Shown here in pieces: positions 1-9,544 of a DNA stretch of 64,000 bases. The stretch comes from Trueperaceae bacterium (lineage in GTDB: Bacteria > Deinococcota > Deinococci > Deinococcales > Trueperaceae): the NCBI GenBank assembly GCA_965215565.1, contig CBDCDZ010000004.1:3200001-3264000 (forward strand), in the 5' to 3' direction. The notes under the pieces were generated by a model that worked only from the letters and a program-made list of their open reading frames with translations, did not search any database and was not told the origin of the DNA. A program made the translations under genes and the position numbers. Each line of letters begins with the position of its first letter. Position 1 is the stretch's first letter.

Positions 1-520
1 AGAGCCCGGTGGCGACGTAGAACGCCCGTTCTTCACCGCTATGCCAGCGGATGAGCGCATAGATGACGCTCGTCATCAGTAAGAGGTGAAGCGTGTAGAC
101 TTCCGCGACGACGGCTTGTGACCACAAAATACGGCTCAGACCGAGGGAGAGCGCAACCGGAAGGGCGAAGAGAGGTTTGAGCCCCAAGTACTCCAAGAGC
201 TTGAAGAGGACGATGCAACCGCCGATAGCGAATACTGCCGAGAGCAAGTTGGCTTTATAGGCAACGCTGCCGAACGGGAACACGTTGACGAAGAGGTTAT
301 TTAAGACCAAGTAAAGCGGGTAGCCCGTTGGATGTGGGATGCCCAAAATCTTGCCTAAAAATTGAAACTTGGCGGTGTCGCCTGAAAAGCCGACGCCCGG
401 CAGAAGCGTCGAGGTATAGACCCAGCCAAGTATCACGGTAAGGGAGAGGATGGCGAGACTCGAGCTGTTCGCCCGCACCCACATACTTACATCAGTCTTT
501 TTAGCCTCAACTTTGCTCAC
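1..520 (-). CDS. DUF2723 / TMEM260-like membrane glycosyltransferase, paralog of 554-2062, 3' end outside window
   Basis: Manual translation from GTG at 520 gives ...LLPGVGFSGDTAKFQFLGKILGIPHPTGYPLYLVLNNLFVNVFPFG...AEVYTLHLLLM, colinear with 554-2062. Confidence 0.85.
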   Translation of the reverse strand, partial: MSKVEAKKTDVSMWVRANSSSLAILSLTVILGWVYTSTLLPGVGFSGDTAKFQFLGKILGIPHPTGYPLYLVLNNLFVNVFPFGSVAYKANLLSAVFAIGGCIVLFKLLEYLGLKPLFALPVALSLGLSRILWSQAVVAEVYTLHLLLMTSVIYALIRWHSGEERAFYVATGL

Positions 521-553
521 GACACCCCCGCTTGCTTCTCCGCATTGATTGGC

Positions 554-2062
554 TTACTCGGTTAGCTCGAGCCTGTAGAGCCCTGCCACGCTCGTCATTT
601 GCATATCGAAGCCGTGCTTTTGTAGCGCTTGCGGGTTCGCACATTGCCAACAGAAAACGCGCAGACCCGGCGGCGGATTTTTGCCCTCTTGCGCTAACAA
701 GAGGGGCGGCTCACCGATTTGAGGCGGCGCTTCACCTTGCATGTAGGATTTCAAAAACGCCCCGTTTCTCCCGTAGTTCGTCACGAAGAGGTTGTCGCGC
801 TGCTTTTTGAGCCCGAGCGTGTGATAGAGCAGTCCCTGCATCGGGTTGTAGCCACTCACTGAGATAACCGCGTCCTCTTGCACCGCGCTGATAACCGCCG
901 CCGCCTCACCTTGCGGCGCAGTGATGTGACTTAAATCGACCTCGCGGTAGTTCATAAACAAGAGCCCGAGCGGTACGGCTAGAAGGAGCGCCGTGCGCGG
1001 CGCACTGGTGCCTTGCAAAAGCTCACCGAGCCCTAACCCCGCCAAAACCGCTAACGCCATAACGCTCGGGATGAAGTAAACCTCGATGTCGGGGATGTTG
1101 TAATTCACGGTGTAGTAGGTGTGCGACAAGAAGTAAATCAGCACGAAGTTGACGACGTGTAAGCGTTTGGTCTGAGTTGTAGCGCCCAGTGCGGCGAGCC
1201 CGATCAGGGGAAAGCTGCGCGTTAAGATCGTGAGCGCGAGGGGCAAACGTTCGCTCCAAAGCTGTGCACCCGTGTAGGCGAACATCAACTCCTTAAAGTT
1301 ACCGCCCGTAAGGTAATCGCGCAGATTGTCGAAACTCCTGCCCGTAAAGAGTTCCGCGTAGAAGAACTCGTTACCCAGCCGCCAGAAGAGGTAGCTGTAC
1401 TGGAGTGCGCCGAGGCTGACCACGCCCACTACCCATAAAACTTTGCGCGGTTGGATGAAGACTTTAGGGTTCGTTGCAAGCGTGATGTAGACAAAAGCAG
1501 GTAGCAGCGTGATCGAGGTGAGGTGATTGCCGAAGGAGAGCGCGTAGAGCCCGGTAGCGACGTAGAACGCCCGTTCTTCACCGCTGTGCCAGCGGATGAG
1601 CGCGTACACGACGCTCGTCATCAGCAAGAGGTGGAGCGTGTAGACTTCCGCGACGATAGCTTGTGACCAGAGGACGTAACTTAGTCCGAGCGAGAGCGAA
1701 AGCGCTAACGCGCCCATGCGCCCGAGCTTTAGATAGAGGAGCAGTCTGAAAAAGACGATGCACGCAGCAATTGAGAAGACCGACGAGAGCAAGTTCGCTT
1801 TGTACGCCAGCGTGCCGAACGGGAACACGTTGACGAAGAGGTTGTTCAAGACCAAGTAGAGTGGGTAGCCCGTCGGGTGAGGTATCCCTAAAATCTCGCC
1901 TAAGTACTGAAACTTAATCGTGTCGCCCATGTAGCCGATACCGGGCAAGAGCGTCGCGGTGTACGCCCAACTGAGGATGAGGACGAGTGAGGTGATGTAG
2001 AGGCTCGAGCCGCTCACCATACGCGAGAGGTCGAAGTCTCTCTCTCTCAATGATCTGAGCAT
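554..2062 (-). CDS. DUF2723 / TMEM260-like multi-TM glycosyltransferase
   Basis: GD..F, IPHPTGYPLY, EVY and NH motifs; many hydrophobic helices. Confidence 0.8.
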   Translation of the reverse strand: MLRSLRERDFDLSRMVSGSSLYITSLVLILSWAYTATLLPGIGYMGDTIKFQYLGEILGIPHPTGYPLYLVLNNLFVNVFPFGTLAYKANLLSSVFSIAACIVFFRLLLYLKLGRMGALALSLSLGLSYVLWSQAIVAEVYTLHLLLMTSVVYALIRWHSGEERAFYVATGLYALSFGNHLTSITLLPAFVYITLATNPKVFIQPRKVLWVVGVVSLGALQYSYLFWRLGNEFFYAELFTGRSFDNLRDYLTGGNFKELMFAYTGAQLWSERLPLALTILTRSFPLIGLAALGATTQTKRLHVVNFVLIYFLSHTYYTVNYNIPDIEVYFIPSVMALAVLAGLGLGELLQGTSAPRTALLLAVPLGLLFMNYREVDLSHITAPQGEAAAVISAVQEDAVISVSGYNPMQGLLYHTLGLKKQRDNLFVTNYGRNGAFLKSYMQGEAPPQIGEPPLLLAQEGKNPPPGLRVFCWQCANPQALQKHGFDMQMTSVAGLYRLELTE

Positions 2063-2101
2063 AGGGTCCCCTGAGATGATGCGTTGCAGCGGCGTTGCGG
2101 C

Positions 2102-2146
2102 GTTATAAGCGAATAGGTTATAAGTAAATAGGTTGTGAGCGAATAG
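2102..2146. repeat. 3 x 15 bp tandem repeat
   Basis: gttataagcgaatag / gttataagtaaatag / gttgtgagcgaatag. Confidence 0.8.
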
Positions 2147-2377
2147 GTAGTCAGCATGGAAACCTCAGATGCGGGCACGCGGGTCCTTCCTGTGAAGTTC
2201 TTCGCGCCCCGCTAACCCGAGCAGTTTACCGCAAAATAATGTGCGACGAAACAGACGTAAACGGACAGTGGCGTGCTGAGCCCCAGCGCGCGCCTCCTCG
2301 CCCCTTCATCCATGTTTTGTACCCCGACGCGCCCCCTGAAATCTCAACGTCGCCGCGCTGCATGCTATGTTGAAAGG

Positions 2378-2476
2378 GTCACCAGGGGTGTTTGGCTCGA
2401 GCATCTACGCTCGCGTCAGGCTGAGAACAAACCCTACGAACCTGACCTGGCTAAGACCAGCGGAGGAAGTGTGACG
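2378..2476 (+). ncRNA. TPP riboswitch
   Basis: AGGGGTG...GGCTGAGAA..ACCC..GAACCTGA.CTGG.TAAGACCAGCG.AGGAAG signature, directly upstream of thiB. Confidence 0.93.
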
Positions 2477-2541
2477 GCGAGGCCGCCCTAACGTTAGGGC
2501 AGCTTAGCCGCGCTCCTTTCTGGTGACGGAAAGGATTTTTT

Positions 2542-3579
2542 ATGCTGAGGCTTTTCGTTTTATCACTCCTTTTGCTGAGCACCGCCAACGCGCAAACGCT
2601 CACCGTCTTAACGCACGGCTCGTTCTCCTTGTCCGAAGAGGTTATCGCCGCATTCACCGAAGAGACGGGCGTCGAAGTCGAATTTGTCGAGGGCGGCGAC
2701 GCGGGGGAGACCGTCAACCGCGCCATTTTGACGAAGAACAACCCGCTCGCTGACGTACTTTACGGGGTGGATAACAACCTGATCGCGCGGGCGGCGGACG
2801 AGGGCATTTTCGAGCCTTATAGAAGTCCCGCGCTGGAGGGCGTACCCGACGAATACCTCTTCGCGGACGACCTCGTCACGCCGATTGACGTGGGCTACGT
2901 GAACTTCAACTACGACAAGTCGTACTTTGCCGAGAACGAGGTGGCGGTGCCAGAGACCTTGGAGCAGCTCACTGAAGAGGCGTATCGCGGGCTCACGGTG
3001 GTGCAAAACCCCGCGAGCAGTTCACCCGGTCTCGCCTTCATGCTCGCGACGATTGCCAAGTTCGGGGAGGGGTGGTTGGACTATTGGGCTGACTTGCGCG
3101 ACAACGACGTGCAGGTAACGGACGGTTGGGAAGGCGCGTACTACACGAGCTTCACCCAGTACGGCGGCGACAGGCCTATTGTCCTCTCCTACGCCACCTC
3201 GCCCGCTGCCGAAGTCGTCTTCGCAGAAGAGGACTTGGACGACGCGCCGACGGGCAACCTCTTCTGCGAAGCGTGCGTATACCGGCAGATTGAGGCGGCG
3301 GGTATCTTAGCGGGAACGGATAATATGGAGGCGGCGCAGAGGTTCATCGACTTCATGCTAAGCGCGCGCGTGCAAGAGGACATCCCCTTGAATATGTACG
3401 TTTATCCTGCCAGTGACAGCGCAGCTTTACCTGCCGTCTTCGAGCAGTACGCGCGAACGCCAAGCCCTGAGCAGATTGCGGCGCTTCCCTCCGAAGAGAT
3501 AGAGGCGAACCTCTCGGAGTGGTTGGACGCCTGGACCCAGGTAGTGCAGCAGGGGCGGGACCCCGAAGAGGTGCGCTAA
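2542..3579 (+). CDS. thiB: Thiamine ABC transporter substrate-binding protein
   Basis: Signal peptide, THGSF, SSPGLAF, SYATSP motifs; follows TPP riboswitch. Confidence 0.92.
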   Translation: MLRLFVLSLLLLSTANAQTLTVLTHGSFSLSEEVIAAFTEETGVEVEFVEGGDAGETVNRAILTKNNPLADVLYGVDNNLIARAADEGIFEPYRSPALEGVPDEYLFADDLVTPIDVGYVNFNYDKSYFAENEVAVPETLEQLTEEAYRGLTVVQNPASSSPGLAFMLATIAKFGEGWLDYWADLRDNDVQVTDGWEGAYYTSFTQYGGDRPIVLSYATSPAAEVVFAEEDLDDAPTGNLFCEACVYRQIEAAGILAGTDNMEAAQRFIDFMLSARVQEDIPLNMYVYPASDSAALPAVFEQYARTPSPEQIAALPSEEIEANLSEWLDAWTQVVQQGRDPEEVR

Positions 3580-3783
3580 GCGTCTCTGGCGGATTGCCAC
3601 GGTGTGATGAACAATGTAGGATAGCTCGCGTTTCACTCCCCGCTTGTTTGCTTTATGATGATGGAGACTCTTGGGGAAGGGGTCAAGTGTCATAGGGGGG
3701 CTAGCAGTGGAACTCAAGATAACCAGAGCGTGGACATACGAACAGGCGGGATTGCTGGGAGGCAGTCCCGCCTGCTGAGCATC

Positions 3784-4332
3784 ATGGAAGCGAATAAGAC
3801 GAATCTCGGAGGGGGAAAGTTTGGCGGGGTGGAGAAGAAGTTCCGCTCGGTGGGCTATGGCTGGGCGCTCATCGGCGGTCTTGTGACCGTCAGCATATCC
3901 CTGCTCCTGCGCCTTTTCGTCGGTCAAGTCTACGGCGGCGGGGAGGCGATCGAACTCATCGAGTCGCTTTCGTCCTCGTCGTTGCGCTTAGCAGCGGTTA
4001 TCGCCACCTCCTCAGCGACGATTCTCGCGCTGATGCTCACGATTCTGGGTTTGGCTAGGGAGGCGGCGAACGACTTCAACATGAAGCTCTACCACCGCAT
4101 CGACGTCATCGGACTGCTCAGCACAATCTCGCTGTGCGGCGCGATTTTGCTTCTGCTCTTACTGAGCCTGCCCGTGGGTCAGTTCGACAACGTCCCGTCC
4201 TCTTGGTTCACCGTGTTGTATTACATCCTCATCGGGCTCATCGCGGGTCTGTCCGGGCTGCTCATCAGCATTATTCTGATGCTCTTTAGCACCATTCGCA
4301 GCGTGATCACCTCGCTGACCTCCAATGACTAA
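3784..4332 (+). CDS. Hypothetical 4-TM membrane protein
   Basis: Hydrophobic ORF; ATG 3784 preferred over 3655, start uncertain. Confidence 0.6.
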   Translation: MEANKTNLGGGKFGGVEKKFRSVGYGWALIGGLVTVSISLLLRLFVGQVYGGGEAIELIESLSSSSLRLAAVIATSSATILALMLTILGLAREAANDFNMKLYHRIDVIGLLSTISLCGAILLLLLLSLPVGQFDNVPSSWFTVLYYILIGLIAGLSGLLISIILMLFSTIRSVITSLTSND

Positions 4333-4341
4333 TACGAGGTT

Positions 4342-4371
4342 GCATGACTTCGTTTGCAAACGAAGTCATGC
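4342..4371. repeat. Perfect 30 bp palindrome (REP-like)
   Basis: gcatgacttcgtttg|caaacgaagtcatgc. Confidence 0.85.
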
Positions 4372-4505
4372 CCGTCCGTGACGGTAAGCTCTAACGCCCT
4401 CATTTGGAATAAGTGAGTTGTGCTATTCCGTATAAAGTGGCGGGCTCGAGTCGTGAAACGCTCATCTCTTAACATTCCTTTTGTCAGGGTACACCCTACG
4501 CTTTG

Positions 4506-6071
4506 ATGCCGCGTCTCCCTCTCCTCGCAGGGCTCTTCGCGTCCGCGTTCTTGACGCTCTTCCTCCTTTACCCGCTCGGGGTGATTTTGCTGCGGAGTGC
4601 CTCGAGCTTCAGCACCATAAACGACGTTTTAAGCAATCCCTATTATTTAGGGCGCTTAGCCTTTACCACCTACCAAGCGCTGCTTTCCACCCTCTTAACC
4701 GTCCTTCTCGCCCTCCCCAGCGCCCTGCTCTTCGCCCGCTTCGACTTTCGCGGCAAGCGCCTCCTGCGGAGCGCCTTTACGGTTCCTTTTGTGATGCCTA
4801 CTGTCGTCGCGGCGATAGGTTTCTTGACGCTTCTGGGACCGCGCGGCTTGCTAAACGTCGATTTGAGGGACACGCTCGCCGTCATCTTGCTCGCGCACGT
4901 GTTCTATAACTATGCGGTGGTGGTGCGCATCGTCGGGGCGTATTTGGAGGCGGTGGGACCGGGTCTGCGCCAAGCGTCTGCGATGCTCGGCGCGTCACCT
5001 CTGCGCACGCTTTGGCGCGTGACGCTGCCGCTCGCGCTGCCTGCGATTATCGCCGCCGCGACGCTCGTCTTTATCTTCTGCTTCACCTCGTTCGGCGTCA
5101 TCCTCATCCTCGCGCCGGAGCCGCGCTTTGGCACCTTAGAGGTCGAGGTCTACCGTCTCACGGCGCGGCTATTGCAGTTAGAGAGCGCTGCCGTCCTCGT
5201 TCTTGCGCAACTGCTCGTGATCAGCGCGTTCACCTGGGTCTACACGCGGATGCAGGCACGCTTGGCGGTGTCTTTAGGTGGAGGTTCCGTCCTCTCCAAA
5301 CCCACCGGACTCTGGCGCTGGCTGCTCGCGCTCAATATGTTCATCGCCGCCGCGCTCATCCTCTCGCCCCTGTTGGCGCTGACGTTCAGCGCTTTTTGGA
5401 CAGAAGACGGATTGAGTTTGCGGAACTTCACTGCGCTCACGGAGGTGACGCGCTCGGTGGGGTTTGTCGGGGCGGGACAGGCGATCTTCAACTCGCTTCG
5501 GTTCGCCTGCCTAAGCACGTTGCTTTCCCTCATCGTCGGCTTCGCGTTTGCCTACGCCATCGTGAGAGGAGGCTGGCGCACTCTGGATACATTGAGCCTC
5601 CTACCTCTTGCCACGAGCGCCGTGACGCTCGGCTTCGGCTACCTCTTAGCGTTTCCGGGGCTCAGCTCGAGCCTCTACGGAATCATCCTAGCTCACACCC
5701 TCATCGCCTTTCCTTTCGTCGTGCGGAGCGTGCTGCCTGCGTTGCGGGCGCTACCGCCCAACCTCTTGCACGCGGCGCGGATGCTGGGCTCGAGCCCCCT
5801 AACCATCCTTCGCCGCGTCGAGTTGCCGCTGCTCGTCCCCTCGCTCATCGCCGCCGCCAGCTTCGCCTTCGCCGTCTCGATGGGCGAGTTCGGCGCGACA
5901 CTCGTCTTGCAGCGTCCCGAATTCGCGACGATTCCGGTGGCGATTTTTGACCGTCTGGGCAGACCCGGCGCGGCGAACTACGGGGCGGCGTTGGCGCTTT
6001 CGGTTTTGCTGATGGTAATTACCGGGGCGGTGATGGTGCTTTTGGAGCGGTTTGGGCAGAGTGAATTTTAG
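4506..6071 (+). CDS. thiP: Thiamine ABC transporter permease (two BPD domains)
   Basis: PFVMPTVV, LAHVFYN, two EAA-like loops, SMGEFGAT; context with thiB. Confidence 0.88.
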   Translation: MPRLPLLAGLFASAFLTLFLLYPLGVILLRSASSFSTINDVLSNPYYLGRLAFTTYQALLSTLLTVLLALPSALLFARFDFRGKRLLRSAFTVPFVMPTVVAAIGFLTLLGPRGLLNVDLRDTLAVILLAHVFYNYAVVVRIVGAYLEAVGPGLRQASAMLGASPLRTLWRVTLPLALPAIIAAATLVFIFCFTSFGVILILAPEPRFGTLEVEVYRLTARLLQLESAAVLVLAQLLVISAFTWVYTRMQARLAVSLGGGSVLSKPTGLWRWLLALNMFIAAALILSPLLALTFSAFWTEDGLSLRNFTALTEVTRSVGFVGAGQAIFNSLRFACLSTLLSLIVGFAFAYAIVRGGWRTLDTLSLLPLATSAVTLGFGYLLAFPGLSSSLYGIILAHTLIAFPFVVRSVLPALRALPPNLLHAARMLGSSPLTILRRVELPLLVPSLIAAASFAFAVSMGEFGATLVLQRPEFATIPVAIFDRLGRPGAANYGAALALSVLLMVITGAVMVLLERFGQSEF

Positions 6072-6107
6072 AAGCACCACACTCACCATCTGGTGTAATA
6101 TGATGCT

Positions 6108-6362
6108 ATGAAGCGCGCAACGATTACCTTTCCCGATGACTTAGAACGCAAGCTCGAGTCCTATTACGCGCAGCAGCCCGCGCCACCTAGCCTGAGTAAA
6201 CTCGTACAAGTCGCTTTAGATGAGTATCTGGAGAATCTGATGTGGCAAGAGCGCGGTCTCAGGGCGCGGCGTGGTTCTCTCAGCGTTACACCGGCGGAGA
6301 AGGGCAGCGGAAAAAATGACGTGAGCGAGCGCCATGACCACTATCTAGCCGAGCAGGAGTGA
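6108..6362 (+). CDS. CopG/RHH antitoxin (VapB-like)
   Basis: MKRATITFPDDL RHH N-terminus, C-terminal DVSERHDHYL; overlaps PIN gene start. Confidence 0.8.
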   Translation: MKRATITFPDDLERKLESYYAQQPAPPSLSKLVQVALDEYLENLMWQERGLRARRGSLSVTPAEKGSGKNDVSERHDHYLAEQE

Positions 6363-6757
6363 GGGTTGTTCTAGCCGATACAGGACCGCTCTACGCCTTA
6401 GTCGATGCGGATGACCAGTACCACGTAAGGGCTCAGCGGGAGGCGGCGCACTTGGAAGGGGCGGGCTACCGCGTCGCGGTTTCTTACCCGACGCTGACCG
6501 AGAGCTACACGCTCGTGCTCCACCGCCTCGGTACAAGGGCGGCGCTTCGTTGGCTGGATGAGGTGAGCGCTGGCGCTGACCTCTTCAACGCGCTTCCTCG
6601 AGACTACGATGAGGTCATCGCACGCGCCCAACGTTTTGATGATCAAATTCTGACGCTTACTGACCTCATCCTCGGCGTTTTATCCGAGCGGCTCAACGCG
6701 CCTGTTTGGACCTTTGACGCGGACTTTGATGTGATGGGCGTTTCCGTGTGGCGGTAG
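6359..6757 (+). CDS. vapC: PIN-domain toxin (VapC-like)
   Basis: VLADTG..YA, E, LTD, WTFDADF acidic PIN motifs. Confidence 0.85.
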   Translation: MRVVLADTGPLYALVDADDQYHVRAQREAAHLEGAGYRVAVSYPTLTESYTLVLHRLGTRAALRWLDEVSAGADLFNALPRDYDEVIARAQRFDDQILTLTDLILGVLSERLNAPVWTFDADFDVMGVSVWR

Positions 6758-6763
6758 TTCAAT

Positions 6764-8587
6764 CTATCTCATGGTGCTCGAGAGCATCTCCACCGCCCGC
6801 TCCAGCACCACGTCCTCGCCGCCCTGCAAGAAGAAGCTCGGGCTAGGCTGCACTTCTACGTCAGGTTTGATACCTCTTCCGTCATAAAGCCTACCGTCGG
6901 GGCGGAAGGACGCCATCGACGCGAGGCTGACCTCCAAGCCTGTATTCGGCAATTCCATCCTCCGAGACCGCGCACTGCCGCCGCTGCTCGCTTCGCCCAG
7001 CAGCGTGACGTTCGGCAGCGCCGCCAGTGCGCCGAGAAAGATGTCCGTGGCGCTAAAGCCGCCCGCGTCTAGCAGGACCACGACGGGCGCGGTGTAGGGC
7101 TCGGCGTTACCTCTGCTGATGAGGAGGTAGTGCCACGCGCTGAAATCCTCTTCAGGCGGGCTCCACTCGGGCTCGAACGACGCTGCGAACGCCCTAACGA
7201 CGCGCCGCTCCGCGTCCGTCCAGCCGGGATGAGTGGCGCGGTACATCTCACGCGCTTCCAAATGATCCTCGTCAAACTCGGGCGCGAGGCGATACTTGGC
7301 GACGTTGACGACGGCGCTCTCCGCCCGCATGAGGTGAGGAAAGAGGTTGATGAGCGCGTCGCGGCTGCCGCCCCCGTTGCCCCGCACGTCCACGATCAGC
7401 CCTCTCGTGTCCGCAAAGCGCGGCATCCAGCTATGAATCTCCTTGACTGCGTCGTCGTCCATACTCTCTAAGCGCAAGTAGCCGATGTCACCCTCTACAA
7501 TCCTAGATTGACTCCGAAAGGCGTCCGGCGTATAGGGCAAGTCGTCTAAAACCTCCACTTGCTGCTCGGTAGTTTTGCCCGCGTCGTCCTCGAGAGTCAA
7601 GTTCAGTGTCGGCTCGAGCGGTAGCCTAAGTTCATGACGGAAGAACTGGATGTCGCGTAAACGCTGCAACGCTTGACGGCGTACATACTGCGGCGAGCCA
7701 TTCGCTACATAGCGTGACGCCGCTCCCAACCACCTTTCCAGAGGAACGCCGTCTATCGCCATTAGGTAAGGGTGCGAGGCGTCTAAAAAGTCGGTGCGGT
7801 TGAGCTTCACAGCGACGGCGCGTTCGCCCGCCCAGTTCAGGTGGAAGGGTGCGTAGCCTTTTAGGTCTTCGGGTAACCCCTGCCCCCGCACCCCCGCATG
7901 ACCGTCAATGAAGCCGGCGATGACACGCTCCAAGCCGAGCCCGAACTCTTCTACGCTTATGCCTGCCCGGACCTCTTCGCGGAGCGCATCTAAGTTGCTT
8001 CCATAGTCGTAATCATTCGTGTGGAGATAAGCGAACTGCGTCTCTAGCGCCTCTTGAAAGAGGTCTAGGTCTTCTAACATTCCTTCGGGTGATGTATCTC
8101 GAGGCATATCTTCGCGGGACGTATCTCGAGCCAGCGCCTCGGGGTGACGCATCAACCAAACGGCTCGTCGGTTCGCTTCGGTCATCGCTACATCGCTGAG
8201 TTCTCTAACTTCGTCTTCACCCGGCACGCGGACGAGCAGCGTCACCGTGTCTCTTGGCGGCGCGTCCATCTCGCTTAATACTTGGACTAAATCCTCGGCG
8301 ATGCGCTTGTCCCAATCGTCGCCGTATGCACCTCGTGAAAATGCAACGATGTTTTCTACTGATAGAGTGTCGATCTCGAGGAGTTCATACGTCTCTCCGT
8401 CAAGCGTAACCGTCGGAGGCTGCTCAGCGCCTCCCAACCACTCAATCGCTTGAAAAGGCGCGAGCTTCGGGTAATCCTGCGCCGCTGCGAAGGAAAGAAC
8501 GCCCGACAAAATAGAAGCGAAAACTAGGATAGAGAAGTACCGCAACCTCACCGTAAATCCCGCCACGAATCCTACTGCAAACCTCAT
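6764..8587 (-). CDS. Secreted S41-family peptidase
   Basis: DGHA, IGYLRL, IVDVRGNGGG, SATD, G.GIKPDV motifs; signal peptide. Confidence 0.85.
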   Translation of the reverse strand: MRFAVGFVAGFTVRLRYFSILVFASILSGVLSFAAAQDYPKLAPFQAIEWLGGAEQPPTVTLDGETYELLEIDTLSVENIVAFSRGAYGDDWDKRIAEDLVQVLSEMDAPPRDTVTLLVRVPGEDEVRELSDVAMTEANRRAVWLMRHPEALARDTSREDMPRDTSPEGMLEDLDLFQEALETQFAYLHTNDYDYGSNLDALREEVRAGISVEEFGLGLERVIAGFIDGHAGVRGQGLPEDLKGYAPFHLNWAGERAVAVKLNRTDFLDASHPYLMAIDGVPLERWLGAASRYVANGSPQYVRRQALQRLRDIQFFRHELRLPLEPTLNLTLEDDAGKTTEQQVEVLDDLPYTPDAFRSQSRIVEGDIGYLRLESMDDDAVKEIHSWMPRFADTRGLIVDVRGNGGGSRDALINLFPHLMRAESAVVNVAKYRLAPEFDEDHLEAREMYRATHPGWTDAERRVVRAFAASFEPEWSPPEEDFSAWHYLLISRGNAEPYTAPVVVLLDAGGFSATDIFLGALAALPNVTLLGEASSGGSARSRRMELPNTGLEVSLASMASFRPDGRLYDGRGIKPDVEVQPSPSFFLQGGEDVVLERAVEMLSSTMR

Positions 8588-8636
8588 TGTGATCTCCCAG
8601 CTAAGAGGTTAGCAGAAAGAGATTACGAGGAGGTTA

Positions 8637-8747
8637 TAGCGACCTCCGTAAACACGGAGCCGAAGTGCCGCAGGTACTATCTTCTAACGTATGTGTTCGT
8701 CTATGCGTTCAAAACCGAGTGCGTTTGTGACCAGATAATACCTGCTA
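8637..8747 (-). mobile_element. MITE-like family copy K (degenerate)
   Basis: gcaggtactatct...ccagataatacctgcta; its terminal TAG is the stop codon of the M23 gene. Confidence 0.65.
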
Positions 8748-9440
8748 TCTATCCACTAAAAAGGGATACGGATTCACTGCGTCCCAATCGCACGACTCGT
8801 ACGAGCCGCCGTACATCCCCAGGTGCAAGTGAGGTGGCGTCGTAACGGCGTTGCCCGTGTTGCCGACGTAGCCTAAAAGCGTCTCCGCCGTCACGTACTG
8901 CCCCTCTTGCAAATCTGGCGCGAAGCTGTCCAAATGCGCGTAGTAGTAGCGAATCCCGCCCCCGCCGATGACGACGACGACATTGCCCCCGAGCGGGTTC
9001 TCACCGATGCGGTAGACGTAGCCCTGCGTCGCGGAGTAGATGGGCGTGCCGCGCGGCGCAAAGATGTCTTGCCCTTCGTGGGTGCGCCCTTCGCTCCTCG
9101 CTGCGCCCCAGGTGTCGGTGACTTGACCTACGGTGACGCCTGCGACGGGCATCAAGAGGGCGTCATCACTCTGCAAGGGGACGCTCGAGAAGTAGAGCGG
9201 CAGCAACTCCTGGTAGCGGCGGCGCGTCTCCAACTCCTGCTCCCAGTCGCCCCCCCGTTCGCGTATCCGCGCCTCGCGCTCCTCATCCACCGGGCAGGTG
9301 ATGGCGGCGATCTCTTCAGCCCTCGGATTGTCGAAACCGTTGCTCACCCTTTCGGGCGCAGCTTGGGACGAAGCGAAAGGGACAAGGAGAAAGGTAGAAA
9401 GTAAAAGGATGTGAGTGAGGCACAGCGTTTTGTAGTGCAT
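8745..9440 (-). CDS. M23-family metallopeptidase
   Basis: HEGQD, YYAHL, GNTGN, PHLH motifs. Confidence 0.9.
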   Translation of the reverse strand: MHYKTLCLTHILLLSTFLLVPFASSQAAPERVSNGFDNPRAEEIAAITCPVDEEREARIRERGGDWEQELETRRRYQELLPLYFSSVPLQSDDALLMPVAGVTVGQVTDTWGAARSEGRTHEGQDIFAPRGTPIYSATQGYVYRIGENPLGGNVVVVIGGGGIRYYYAHLDSFAPDLQEGQYVTAETLLGYVGNTGNAVTTPPHLHLGMYGGSYESCDWDAVNPYPFLVDR

Positions 9441-9544
9441 AGCTGATTTTACGGTGGAGACGTTGAAGAGGTTGGCAAGTTCGGTTACTTCATTAAACAG
9501 CAGGTCTCAGCTCGAGCGCCCACGAAACGATATGCTGATACTTC

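Noticed and set aside
5012..5950. Long alternative-frame and antisense ORFs over real genes
   Set aside because: Arg/Ala-rich shadow ORFs expected in GC-rich DNA
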